DNA of 64,000 nucleotides from Eledone cirrhosa (Eukaryota), in NCBI GenBank assembly GCA_964016885.1, contig OZ024740.1, forward strand, positions 369,086,001 to 369,150,000, written 5' to 3'. Position numbers and translations under genes: made by a program. Positions 1 to 13,339 of the stretch are shown piece by piece. Under the pieces are notes generated by a model. The model did no database searches. It had not been told where the DNA came from and saw only the letters and a program-made list of their open reading frames with translations. The stretch's first letter is position 1. Each line of letters starts with the position of its first letter.

Positions 1-56
1 TTAATACGAATCACCGTAATCTCGGAAATCAAAGTTAAATTTGCCTAAGCATTAAT

Positions 57-125
57 AATTGTTTCTACGTTAGGCACAAGGCCAGCAATTACCCAGTGCA
101 TTACTGGTACTTTATTTTATCGACA
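57..125 (-). mobile_element. 3' fragment of tRNA-derived SINE (same family as 40401-40589 and 49963-50145)
   Basis: ttgtttctac..ggcacaaggcca..tacccagtg..ctggtactttattttatcgac matches the 3' part of the copy at 40401-40465. Confidence 0.75.
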
Positions 126-428
126 ATGCTTTGTGATTATCAATGCAAATGTGTAAATGCGTGCGTGTACGTGTGTGGGTGTTTCAGCTCGTTTGCAGTG
201 TATACTTTTTCAGAAATATCTACCAAACTACGTTGACAAACACCTTGGAGGTTTGCTTGTCAGACGCTCTAAGGTATTAATGTTGATATATACAGAATAA
301 ACTATAAAAATCCAGTGCCACACACCCACACACACACATACACACACACACACACACACAACATACATACAGGCACACATACACAATCAAACATATATAT
401 ATATAAATATATGTATATCAATACATAT

Positions 429-459
<31 letters not shown>

Positions 460-477
460 AATGTATGTATTCATATA

Positions 478-536
<59 letters not shown>

Positions 537-537
<1 letters not shown>

Positions 538-1617
538 AATAATAAGAAATTTGAAACTAAAATCCAAAGAGGGCTCGATAAGGATAAATATATATCAAAT
601 ATGTAAGAACCGTAGAGCAAATATTTATATCAGATTAAAGTTTAAGCAAAGAATCGCTGCTATCACCCTTAACGGGATCTTCTGAACCTAACAAAGTCAA
701 TCTGTAAACGCAGTGCTGGATATTTCAAAAAACGTTGCAACCGGAAGAAGACAGGAAGACGATACTTTGGTTCGTGGAAACGTTCGCTGGCAAAGAACGG
801 GAAAAAACGAATAAGATACGTCATTAATAGGAGCGGTGAAAAACAATTACGCGCAAAGACAGAACCACGTTTATGGTATAAAAGAGATCATAGACTAATG
901 TTCTCTTAGGTGGTGCATAGAGACGTTCTCTGGCAATGAACGAAAAAACGAAGATAATACGTCATATGTGGAGCGCGGAGAACAATAGCACGCAAAGACA
1001 CAACCACGTAAATGGTATAGCAGAAGTCGTAAACTAAAATTCTAACTAGGAGACCAAATGAATCTCCGCTACAGAGTTAAGAACAAAGTAAATAAATACA
1101 ATACAGAAGTAATAGAAATAAATAAATACATACACGCAAACAAATACGTACATACACAAGCATACGCAAAAACTTACCATATGTATACAAAACCACGCCC
1201 ATATAAATATGTCTGTGTGTGTATGCGTGAATACAAATAAATAAATAATTATATAAACGTATATAAATAAATAAATATGTATATAACAAGCGCACACACA
1301 TACCCACATATAAATAGACGAATCTTCGGAGACGTAAGTCAACTAAAACATGAAGTACGCATATACACACACCCACCATACGTACGAACCTGCATACTCA
1401 CACAGACGCAAAACTCCCGTATACACATAGCCAAACCATATGTATCAGAATATATAAAATTATACGCCATAACAATCAAATATTCGTACGAGAAGGTATA
1501 CGTACCTTCAAAAACATACGGGTAATATATACTTACCTATGCAAATAAGTCAAGGAATAAACAAAACATATACTTAGCTCCCACATCAAGACGTAAAATA
1601 CCCACGTATAGATCGTA
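537..1617 (-). mobile_element. 3' pseudo-LTR/UTR of a Penelope-like element, abutting (AT)n; other copies at 33921-34660, 45812-46215 and a 35-bp end at ~10215-10248
   Basis: Near-identical sequence recurs in the window (aaatccaaagagggctcgataagg..., cagattaaagtttaagcaaagaatcgctgc...). It has an internal ~140-bp tandem duplication (~778-1050) and lies directly downstream of a minus-strand GIY-YIG remnant. Confidence 0.7.
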
Positions 1618-2160
1618 CTATCCGTTAGGGTATAACGTGGGGCTGTAAAACAGGAAAGTTTTGTGCAAATTATGTTTACAAGCCGAAATTGCTTCAGAAT
1701 TTTTGTTTAAGATGTGGTCTGTGGCGTAGAGTATTTCCTGGGCCTCAGCAGTGCAGAGGTCACATGGTCTATCATTTCCGTTATACGATCTAGCCCTAGC
1801 TAGGATCTCCCAGTGTAACTTATATTGGGTGTGGTTGTCTTTTAGACTCCAGATATAAGCTGAAAGTGACGTCATATTCCTTCTTAGAGGGTAACGAAAA
1901 GAATGGGTATGCATGTAAAGACGCTGCTTGAAACTATTGGCGGTTAACCCTATGTAGGCTCTACGGGACGTGGGTGTTACAACCTTACATTTGTAGACAA
2001 TGTTACTAGAGAGGCATTTCCCGGATAGGGGGCAATCAGCCCGATTCCTAAAATTACAGTTAGTACTAACTACTGGGTTGCACGTGTTCCTACGGCTAGG
2101 TAGTTTAGCTAAATGTGAAGCTGTGATGCTATGTGCAATGTTAGGAGATGGGCATGGTTA
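1618..2160 (-). pseudogene. Penelope-like (Naiad-type) Cys-rich linker + GIY-YIG endonuclease remnant
   Basis: Minus-strand translation NCNFRNRADCPLSGKCLSSNIVYKCKV..AYIGLTANSFKQRLYMHTHSFRY..SLSAYIWSLK..WEILARARSY..CDLCTAE..LNKNSEAISACKH: GIY-YIG motifs plus CxC-x5-CP-x4-C-like linker. Confidence 0.85.
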
Positions 2161-2339
2161 TAAGAACAGGAAGGACAACCGTACGAACGCGCATGCGCAG
2201 AAACCCGGTCACTTCACACAGGCAATTCGAGACTGCGTGCGAGAGGTGTAAGGGAGATAACTGTGAAAGTCCGAAAAGTTTTTAGGTTGAATATAAAATA
2301 AAATTGCTAAGAATCAGTCCGGAGCCTTGTAGTTATGTA

Positions 2340-2720
2340 ATAGGTTTTTGGCGACGTGTTGACAACGTGTGTAAAATTCACATCTCGTGTTTAGGCCATC
2401 ACTATTGCGTAATCTCTTTAGAATAGCTATTCGTTCGTCAATACATAAGCCACACGTCGGATTTCCCCTTGCGTATGATTTGAACTTAGTGATGGCTTTC
2501 CATTGGATGGAGTAGCCTGTACTTGATTGACTCTTTGAGGGACCATACGTGGCTCGCGAGTTTCGTGGATGAACATCTGTCCGGGTATCTAGAGGTAGAC
2601 TGGTCGTTCAGGAAACGTTCCTATGTGGGCATGGTGGAGGGCCGATTCAGGGAATGTTTTCTGAACCACTAGTCTACCTTCAGATACCCAAAACTCGCCA
2701 GCCACGTATGGTCCCTTACA
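2340..2720 (-). pseudogene. Second, divergent Naiad-type GIY-YIG remnant with fold-back inversion at its 5' end
   Basis: Minus: RYPDRCSSTKLASHVWSLKE/YSIQWKAITKFKSY..CGLCIDERIAIL..LNTRCEFYTRCQH. Plus 2622-2720: RSYVGMVEGRFRECFLNH*STFRYP (YIG-like motif), an inverted copy of 2535-2625. Confidence 0.75.
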
Positions 2721-3924
2721 GAGCAGAGTATGATAGAATAGAAAACGAAAAATCAGTGATGCATCTGAACTCAATTTCTTGTGTGCTACTATTGTTTCCT
2801 CGGCGGATTTCTCGAGACGCGATCATTGTGTGGATCTGTCTGATTCTGGACCCGCAGGTTTGACGGACACCTCTAATGATTTTGGAGCATATTCTCTCAC
2901 TGGGGTATCTGACCCTCTGGGCCAGTAAAAACTTAATCCTCTTCGCTCGTGCTGTGACTGGCCGCTGGTTATCGACGTCACCATAATTCTGACCCCAAGT
3001 ACCAGTCCGCTGACCACCAGGGCGTTTGCTGTCCCACGTCTGCTACACTTCAATACATTACTGCTGTGTTTAGTTGTTCGCACCCCCACGCGCACACACA
3101 CACACACAAGCACAACGATAATGAGTCATACGCATTGTCGCTCGCTATACACACACATTTAAGGAGAACATATAAATATACGCATACATTCATTCGGAGA
3201 GGTACGTACAGTCACCGCCACATACCGACATGCCTATATACATCAACATACACACAGACACATGCATGTGTATACACATGCACACGCGTATATATATCCG
3301 TACACCCAAACACGTACAGACACATACATATACCCCCCTTTGCCCACACATATACACCTACCCATATACACACACACACATATACCCACTTCGCGCAAAC
3401 ACACATATATACACAAACACGCCCTTTCCCTACACTGGTGCTTGTGCACACACACACTGGCGCATATACACTGTTACAAATATGCGCATATTCATATACA
3501 CACCCACGCACGCTTGAAAAAACATGTATATATACATAAAAATATGTATATATACATAAGAATATACACACAAAGTCATATCAAGATACACACTGGACCA
3601 TACATGAAAGGATGCATCTTGTTATACATATAAACATATATATAAAACAAAACATATATATATATATATTAAAATCTCCTACTCTACGACGCCTAACATA
3701 GCATACCACATAGCTAGTAGCAATAAAATAAATATTAATTCTTACTTCCAACAAACTAAATTACAACAGACGATAAACCTTCAAAATAACACTATAACAA
3801 CTAACCCTAATAACAATAGAGATAATAGTAATAGCACTAGTGTAAACAATAATACTGGGAACGACAACCCACATAACCATAATCCATACTTCTACACAAC
3901 ATAATAACCGGCAGACCAACACCC

Positions 3925-4310
3925 AGACTAATTGTAATTGTAGATCAAATAGAACCTGCCCTTTAGATAAAAAATGCTTAATCAAGGATATCATATACTC
4001 ATGCAAAGTCACAACTAGCAACTCTTCTGAAACCTATATAGGCTTCAAACTGCTTCAAAACCAGATACAATTCGCACCTCCACTCTTTCAAAAAACACAT
4101 TCTAGCCAACTCCACTTCACTATCTAAAAACTAAAAATAAACCATATACACTTAAATGGGAATTGATAGGTAACGCGACATCGTACACACCACCTAATAA
4201 ATGTTGTAGCCTCTGTCTATTAGAAACCTATACTATCATATTCTCAAACCATAACCTCCTTAATAAAAAATCAGAAGTGTTCGCCTCTTGACAACACCGC
4301 TTCCGACCTC
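3925..4310 (+). pseudogene. Penelope-like (Naiad-type) linker + GIY-YIG endonuclease remnant, frameshifted
   Basis: NCNCRSNRTCPLDKKCLIKDIIYSCKV..TYIG../CFKTRYNSHLHSF../YTLKWELIGNATSY..CSLCLLE..LNKKSEVFAS*QHR, homologous to 1618-2160. Confidence 0.8.
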
Positions 4311-5909
4311 CTGCCAAAACTTTAAACCCAATATATAACAATGACAGACTTGAACCCGTCACCACCTCTAGCAACAAACATCAGGGACACACCTTACACC
4401 TCATCTCCACACCCATTAATCGACTTTACCGCAAATAGTGACATCCTCCTAGCACCTTTTACCCTAGAGATATCCCCATATACTTCTACTTTTGGTATGT
4501 TGGCCTTCAATTACTTGGACTACATTGCACCAATATATAATTAATGTAAACGTTAAGCACGGAATTGGTTGTGCTAACATTGTCCTGTGTATGGAGTGTC
4601 ATCATTGGATAAATGGAAGATTAAGTAATTAATTTATTAACATAAAAGAGCTATATAATATATATGCTGAGTGCAATGAATTATGTACAGGTGATGTATG
4701 AGTTATACATACATGTATGACTTGATGGTCAGATTAGTGTCATTGTAAGTGGGAATTGATCTCTAGACTACCCTAGTGATATTTAACTTAGCCATGCAAT
4801 CAGACATGCTTACCAGGAGTCATATATAGAAGTGATTCTAATAAGACCCAGCCAGGTTCTGCGGGTGGACTACACTTACAAAGATCATTGGTTTGGAGAT
4901 CTGACTCTTCATGTAGAATATTCGGTTGTGGCTCTCTATGATAGAAGGTAATCATCCTAATATGAACACATTTAGAACTTCTTGACAGACTACACTTTAA
5001 TTTATAGACAAGATACTTAAATTTAGAAATTGTTTATAACCTTATATGATAGGGACTCATTTGAGACACCATTAATGTACTTTAGGATAATAAATGTAGC
5101 TATAGAAATCAGCTAGTTACTTCCTCTTACGCATTAACTCCCCTTAATCACACACTTCCGGAATATAATACGATGTCAACTCTCATAACAAAAACAACCT
5201 GCTCTATAGAATCGAATTAGAGAACAACAAGCTGTGATGTTCTAAGATGGTTCACCAGGCACCCAATATTGAATCATCGTGGATTGTGTGATGGACATGT
5301 AGTCTATAAATTGCGTTTCCTGGATTGTGAGAGTGGTGGTGCGTGCGAGGACAGTGGTGCTGTTTTGCTTCTCATTTGTAATATTTTTGATATTTTTGGT
5401 GTTTCTCTACACACGGGCTTCTATATCGTACAGGTGTGTGTTACAAATGCTATACCAGTACAGCCCCTATGATGGTTTGATTGCCTGCTTTGACTGCTTG
5501 TTTTATATGTAACAATCTGCCGCACTATAATCTTGTATAAATAGGACACGCGTGTATGCCTCACGTGTGACTGTTGCATACACTGGCTACTCCAAACTAT
5601 CCTCTTGCTTTATCTTCGTAAACTGCCAATGTTTTATTTTTATTTTTATTTTAATTTTAATTGTAACTTTCATTTTGTCCTTTAATATGATTGTAATATT
5701 TGTATATAAATTACCATGCTATATTATTATAATGGATGTCAACCCACTATGGGTCAATATATACATATGTTTCTATATGTCTCTTGTGTTGAATAGGAGG
5801 TCAAGTATGTAAAAAATCACTGAATAATTGCTCCGAAGACATCAAACCTCGGGTTGGAAGAAACAATTGTAAGCAAATAAATGATTTAAACAGAACTTTG
5901 ATTCATGTA

Positions 5910-6690
<781 letters not shown>

Positions 6691-7747
6691 TATTCCCCTT
6701 TTCCTTCACTAACTGATTACGGATGTCATTTGTGTTTTCCATCCAGATATATTTTTCATTTTTATTTTTATTTATTTTTTTTTATTTTTGCGCAGCCAAT
6801 CTTACAATTTTATATTTGTACTTACTTATCCACAAGTTTTTTACACCCTGTATCAATATGGCTGAACGCCTTAATGTGTGTATACTTTCTACATATGTGC
6901 ATGAGCGACTACGTATGTGCGCGCGCGTGCGTGTATATATATATATATATATATATATGGATATGTGTATGTATATATATGCATGTATGTGTGTGTGTGT
7001 ATGTATATATTATGCGTATGTGTATGTGTCTTAATATCCGTGTTTTGACATCTACGTTTTATATTTTGTTTCTTTTTTCTTCTCCCCCCCCCCCTTTTTC
7101 TACTTACTCATGTTTATGCGTGTGCATGCAAACAGGTCAATATGCGTGAGTGTAAGTATGAGTGTGTGTGTGTGTGTATGTACGTATCGAACGTATGGAT
7201 GTGTAAGTGTGCGTGTGTATATAAGCATGTATATTTTTGCGTTTCTTTTGTGAGATATGCGTGTGTGCGTATGTATGTACTCCTTTTTGTCTTCTTTTCT
7301 TTAATTTTTTCTTTCTAAAAACTTTTTTCTTTCTATTTTATTGTTCCATTTTTATAAATATATCGAGATTGATACATCCCTTTAATTATTATACTCCCTT
7401 ACCTCTTTTACTTCCGCATCTAAGTGTACGTGTGTGTAGGTGTGTTTATGCGCGCGCCTTCATATTCAATTTTTTATGATGTATCTATTCTGTGTGTAGA
7501 TTACAGACATACGGATACATTTGCCCTAAATTTTATATTTATGCACACTTTTTCACTATACGTATACATGTGTGCATACACATATATGCACATCTGTGAG
7601 CGTATATACATACATATACACATACCTAACTATATTTCTTGATAGATTTTTATATATTTCAATTTCTAATTCATTTGTCTATATCTTTTTTTTTTTTTTT
7701 TTGATTTTCTTGACGAGACTTTCCAAGTATTTACCCATGTTTTATAT

Positions 7748-7821
7748 TGCCTCGTCTGACGAACGAATGGAGACGTTTCTTTCGTATTCGCCTCATTCGG
7801 GAAACCTCTGGTAATGAGGTA
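7748..7821 (+). ncRNA. Type I hammerhead ribozyme, canonical core
   Basis: Stem I tgcctcgt/atgaggta, core CTGACGA, stem II cgaatg/cattcg, GAAAC-ctctg-GTA cleavage triplet. It follows a GT-rich pLTR-like tract (6700-7740). Confidence 0.75.
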
Positions 7822-7829
7822 ATCATATT

Positions 7830-9020
7830 GTATTGATTTTTAAGAAGAAAAGTGCCGTATTTTTGTTATGAGATGCGAGTGTGATTCTTGTCGTTGGCGG
7901 ATAGCACGGGGCCCAAGCCTTATGTATACCTTACACGTGATACCAACATCAATTGGGGGAATATTTCCCACGTCATGCAGATAATCTAACGCACACGGTG
8001 AAATTGGAGAGAATAACGAGATTTTCTGGTCGACCCCAATAGTCAAGACCTGTCATGCCATCTATCCTTTTTTGTAATTCATCTTTGCCGTGCTTCAACT
8101 TTCATAATACTTGACCAGAGAGGACAACAGTATTCAAGGTGGGGTCGGGCAAACGTGGAAACGTGATGGATTACAGTATGAATATCTCTTCACTGGAAGG
8201 TTCTGAGAATCAAGGAACACATTCTGCGGGCCATGTCAACTTTGATATTTATATAAGTGACCCAGCTCATGTTATTGTCAACAATTACTCCCAAGTATCT
8301 GATGTTGTTGGATGCCACGAGAGTTTTACCTGAAGAAAGGGAGTATGGGTGTCTCAAGCCATCCTCTTTTCCAAAGTGGATTAACTCAAATGTACCCTTG
8401 TTCTGCAGCAAATTTATATCTTCCATTACGGAACCCTAGTTGGTTGGAGTTCAGCATTCTGTTGCTTTCAAGAAAATGGGTTATTCGTGATATCACCGCC
8501 CTCTCAAATACATTGATGATATGAGAGGTGAATGAGATCGGACGCTAGTTCACAGCAAGGCACATGTTTCCTATTTTGAAAACTGGAACAACAAAACGGG
8601 CCAGCGAGTTTTCAGAAATATAGCCAGCATCGAGTGAGTTCCTTCACAGTTTTGCAAGAGGAGATGCAAGTTGGTGTCGACACACCTTCAGGACACAAGA
8701 AGGGAACCGATCGACGCTTACTGCTGAATTGTGTTTAATTATGTTTATTGTCACTAAGACATCAGGGGTGCCTAACGTTAAGTCCGATATATAGTGTGTT
8801 GGGGATTAACATCACGGATACAGCCCAGATCGGCTATATAAGGATTACTGAAAACAGAGCAGTATTTTTTCTGCAGTATCTCACCCATGGTTTACGCATT
8901 ATCTTGGAGTGTGCGATTTTTATCAAGGCCCAACAGCGGAGACAGTGACCTTGTGTTTATTCACAAATGAAAAGAACACTTTTGGGTTGAGTTTGAGCTT
9001 CTCAATGGCCCATTTGTCAT
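7830..9020 (-). mobile_element. Degenerate CR1/L2-group LINE ORF2 fragment with internal deletion
   Basis: Minus translations: CRHQLASPLAKL..VVPVFK..N*RPISFTSH (RT N-terminus) and FELIHFGK..RYLGVIVDNNMSW..RRMCSLILRTF (RT C-terminus/thumb). Confidence 0.75.
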
Positions 9021-9037
9021 CAGGTATATATATAGAT

Positions 9038-9238
9038 ATAGGAGAAATTATGACCCCGACGGCAGAGCTCAAGCCGTTTCGACGGCTATTTCTGGACTAA
9101 AGGCTTTAGTCCAGAAATAGCTGTTGAAACGGCTTGAGCTCTGCCGTCGGGGTCATACTTTCTCCTATTACCCACTCTAGTATTGCGTACTCTGGTGTGT
9201 TATGGCCCATCCGGTTCATTACCACAACTGCTTCGATT
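9038..9238 (+). mobile_element. Fold-back mini-PLE family A copy 1 (hairpin 9038-9168 plus 70-nt tail), half hammerhead
   Basis: Inverted arms centred at 9103; right arm GAAAC-ggcttgagctctgcc-GTC-ggggt; flanked by (AT)n. Confidence 0.8.
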
Positions 9239-9246
9239 TATATATG

Positions 9247-9280
<34 letters not shown>

Positions 9281-9313
9281 TATAAATATATAAATATATA
9301 TATATATATAACT

Positions 9314-9361
<48 letters not shown>

Positions 9362-9995
9362 GTATATGCATACATATACATACATATACATACATACACA
9401 CATATATAAATCTATATATATACTATAATATAATAAAATGAAAATTACACATTCTATATTTAAATGTATAACTACGACTATAAATGGAGATTTAGTTTTC
9501 ATATGAACATATTTGAGACATGATCAATGAAAGATCATCGTCACTACTATCAATTCACATCCGATATTTTTGTAGATTTGTTATAAATAGTGGGAAAGAA
9601 ATTACTGCATCCATGATGCTTACGTAAGTCATATATGAACGATATTATTTTTCCTCGGAACAGTGAATCATATTTCGCAATAATATATGAATCTAGGTCA
9701 GAGCAGAGATAACAATCATGCTCTCAACGATGCATTTAAAAATATGTCAATACGTACTACTTTTTTTCTCCTCATTACTAAGAAAATCCACATTAGAAGA
9801 TAAAAATCGATAAATCTATTTCTAATTTCGTTTTGAAGCATTTGATTTGTGTTCTAATGCCAGAAAATTCAGCAGTGAATTATTATCACCTAGTTGAGAA
9901 AAGAACGCGCACACTGCAATAAACACTTTTACTGTGATATTTTTTCTACAGAACGATTTGATAGCCCTAATTAGATATAATACATATATATATAT

Positions 9996-10190
9996 ATAGG
10001 AAAAAGTTTAACCCCGACGGCAGAGCTCAAGCTGGTTCGACGGCTATTTCTGGACCAGCAATAGCCGTCGAAAGGGCTTGAGCTCTGCCGTCGAGGTTAA
10101 ACCTTTTCCTATTACCCACTCTACTACCCTAAGTATTGAGTAGTCAGGTGCGTTATGGTCCATCTGGTTCCTTACCACACCTCCCTCGTT
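9996..10190 (+). mobile_element. Fold-back mini-PLE family A copy 2
   Basis: Hairpin 9996-10112 centred at ~10055, same tail (tacccactctactaccctaagtattgagta..ttccttaccac), (AT)n both sides. Confidence 0.8.
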
Positions 10191-10247
10191 TTATATATAT
10201 ATATATATATTTATAGTAATAATAATAAATTTAAAGACTAAAATCCA

Positions 10248-10282
<35 letters not shown>

Positions 10283-10287
10283 CATAT

Positions 10288-10483
10288 ATAGGAAAAGAAT
10301 CAAGACCCCGACGGCTGAGCTCCGGCCGTTTAGACGGCTAGATCCGAACTTTAGCGGATCTAGCTGTCGAAACGTCCGGAGCGCAGCCGTCAGGGTCCTC
10401 ACATTTTTGCTATTAGCCACTATAGGTATCGAGTACTCGGGTGCGTTATTATCCACCTCTGTTTCTTACCACACTTTCTTTGT
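10288..10483 (+). mobile_element. Fold-back mini-PLE family A copy 3 (divergent subfamily)
   Basis: Hairpin 10288-10413, centre gctagatccg-aactttag-cggatctagc; GAAAC..GTC agggt; homologous tail. Confidence 0.75.
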
Positions 10484-10902
10484 TATATATATATATAGCA
10501 AATATTTTGAACAATCTGGGTTGCGGAAGCAACAAAAAAAAAAACAATTAAGACGCAGCTCGATGTAAACACGCAAGGTTTTATATTTTCTTCCAAATAT
10601 GATTTTTTAGCCGGTGAGATATATGTAAAATAATGAAAATGTGTATATATAGAGAGAGTGGGGGCGAGTGAATGTAGTTTGGTAATATTAACTATTCCAC
10701 AAAGCCCTGCGATAACCGAATTAACATTCAAATCAATGTTGAATGAGATACCAGCTGCTACCAAGCAATTGATCACAAACAAAACCCTTGGTAAATATGT
10801 CATCGGGCGTAAACATTTTCAAATATTATGGTGCACATAAACAGAAGTATTCCTCGATAATCATGAGCACACTTGGACATACTTGTGCTTTAATAGACCC
10901 TG

Positions 10903-10946
<44 letters not shown>

Positions 10947-10947
<1 letters not shown>

Positions 10948-11171
10948 AACGAAAGAAGTGTGGTAAGGAACCAGTTGGACCATAACGCACCAGAGTACTG
11001 AATACTTAGGGTAGTAGAGTGGGTAATAGCAAAATGTATAACAGCGACAGCAGAGCTCAAGCCTTTTCGACGGCTATTTCTAGAATTAGCCGTCGAAACG
11101 GCTTGAGCTCTACCGTCGGGGTTATACATTTTGCTATTACCCACTCTACTACCCTAAGTATTGAGTACTCT
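10947..11171 (-). mobile_element. Fold-back mini-PLE family A copy 4 (opposite orientation)
   Basis: Tail on the left next to (AT)n, hairpin ~10991-11171 centred at ~11081. Confidence 0.8.
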
Positions 11172-11189
11172 GATGCTGAGTACTCTGGC

Positions 11190-11672
11190 TTAAACGTTCC
11201 AGTATTCCGATGATTTGATCAGAGACACACACTGATCAATGAAACAATTGTTAATACTGTAAATAAAACCCTTTTTGTACAGCTGACTATGTTATTCGTC
11301 ACACCTTCACTACTATTACTCCAAGAATAACATGCATGGGAATTCTCGCGAATTCGCTAACTAATTAGGGAAACGCCTTGTTGAGTCAATCAACGCCGTT
11401 CGTTAAATCTATCCATAGTACAGAGTTAGAGGTTGTGAGTACTCTGTACTATGGATAGCTTTAACGAACGGCGTTGTTTGACTCAACATGGGGTTTCCAT
11501 AATTAGGTAGCGAGTTCGCGAGAATTCCTATGCAGGTTATTCTTGGAGTAGTGAAAGTGTGAGGAATAACATGGTCAGCTGTTCAAAAAGCGTTTTATTT
11601 ACAGTATTAACAATTGTTTCATTGATCGGTGTGTGTCGCTGATGAAATCATCGGAATACTGGAGGCTTTAAG
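11190..11672. repeat. ~235-bp-arm palindrome carrying two hammerheads, tail-to-tail
   Basis: Arms 11190-11426 and 11441-11672 are imperfect reverse complements around a ~14-nt loop. Confidence 0.9.
11200..11259 (+). ncRNA. Minimal type I hammerhead ribozyme (CCGAUGA core variant); mirror copy 11602-11661 on minus
   Basis: Stem I cagtatt/aatactg, CCGATGA, stem II ttgatcag/ctgatcaa, GAAAC-aatt-GTT with palindromic loop III. Confidence 0.7.
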
Positions 11673-11819
11673 ACATTCCATTGTCATCTATAGATACATC
11701 GGGGAATCAAAACAATAACATGAATAATAAAAAATAATAAAAGATAATAATAAATAAGTTATATTTATATATATAACTTCGATCAATATCATAGGTTTCG
11801 GCCAGTATTGGCCCAGACC

Positions 11820-12022
11820 ATGACTTACTTAATAACACCACCTGGCAAAATAGTTCAAATCAGGATTTGGGCACCATGGCCCACTATTATTTATGGAGGC
11901 ATATCCGGGTGTAACAGATTTATCTGTGATTTCTTGAAGGAATATGTCCAAAGATTTCTTGAACTTTATGGGGTCTGTTTCTGGTATAATATGTTTTGGT
12001 GTAATGTTAAAGAGAGCGAGGC
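11820..12022 (-). mobile_element. CR1/L2-group LINE 3'-terminal coding fragment
   Basis: GLALFNITPKHI..FKKSLDIFLQEITDKSVTPGY resembles the CR1/L2 ORF2 C-terminus (xxLFNxLPxxI..FKxxLDxFL). Confidence 0.6.
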
Positions 12023-12035
12023 CAATATATATACA

Positions 12036-12071
<36 letters not shown>

Positions 12072-12354
12072 CATATATATAAATAAATATATATATGAAT
12101 GTATATATAGTGTATTTTGCAATACAATGTATGCTTAATTAAAAGCATTTGAAGACCTTACGCTATTGTTTTAAAGTAGTGACACTGTCACTTACTTTAT
12201 TTTTCAGCAAACAGGGGAGATAAGCTGACAGAGCTCTGTTTGCTCACCACTCCTCCTGTTTGACGAAAACTATGAATGTTTGATTCTTATAGAATTCCAG
12301 AAATAATTAGGAATTGATTATACATAGCGGTTGCCGGTCCCAATACTAATTTTA

Positions 12355-12892
<538 letters not shown>

Positions 12893-13293
12893 TATCTCCA
12901 AATTATTTTGTTGAGCAAAAATTTGCCAAAACTGCTACTATAGTTCATAGTAATAGTTCGGCTACTGTCTTCCTAACAGCCCACTCGCAACTGATTAACC
13001 TCGATGTCACGTGATTGATTATTTTGAATTTACCACCGACTAAGTAGGCAGTGATTTTTTCAATGTCTTGGAATTTAGTCCACGCTTGCTTTTTTCCATC
13101 CACTGAATTATTTTTGCATAAGTTCCCTGTGTCCACCAATGGCCTGGGAACTTAGCTGAGAATAGACTTCCAAATGACGAAAGGCCTTCTCCATGCGTCC
13201 CATTCGGAAACCATGTTTATCCCCTTTCAGAAACTAATTAGTTGGTGTTAAATTTTAGTAAGTAAGTTAATTTTTATAATTTTCTTATTTTAC

Positions 13294-13339
<46 letters not shown>

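Noticed and set aside
4850-5600. Possible very old LINE remnant
   Set aside because: Only faint motif similarity; too degraded to support a call
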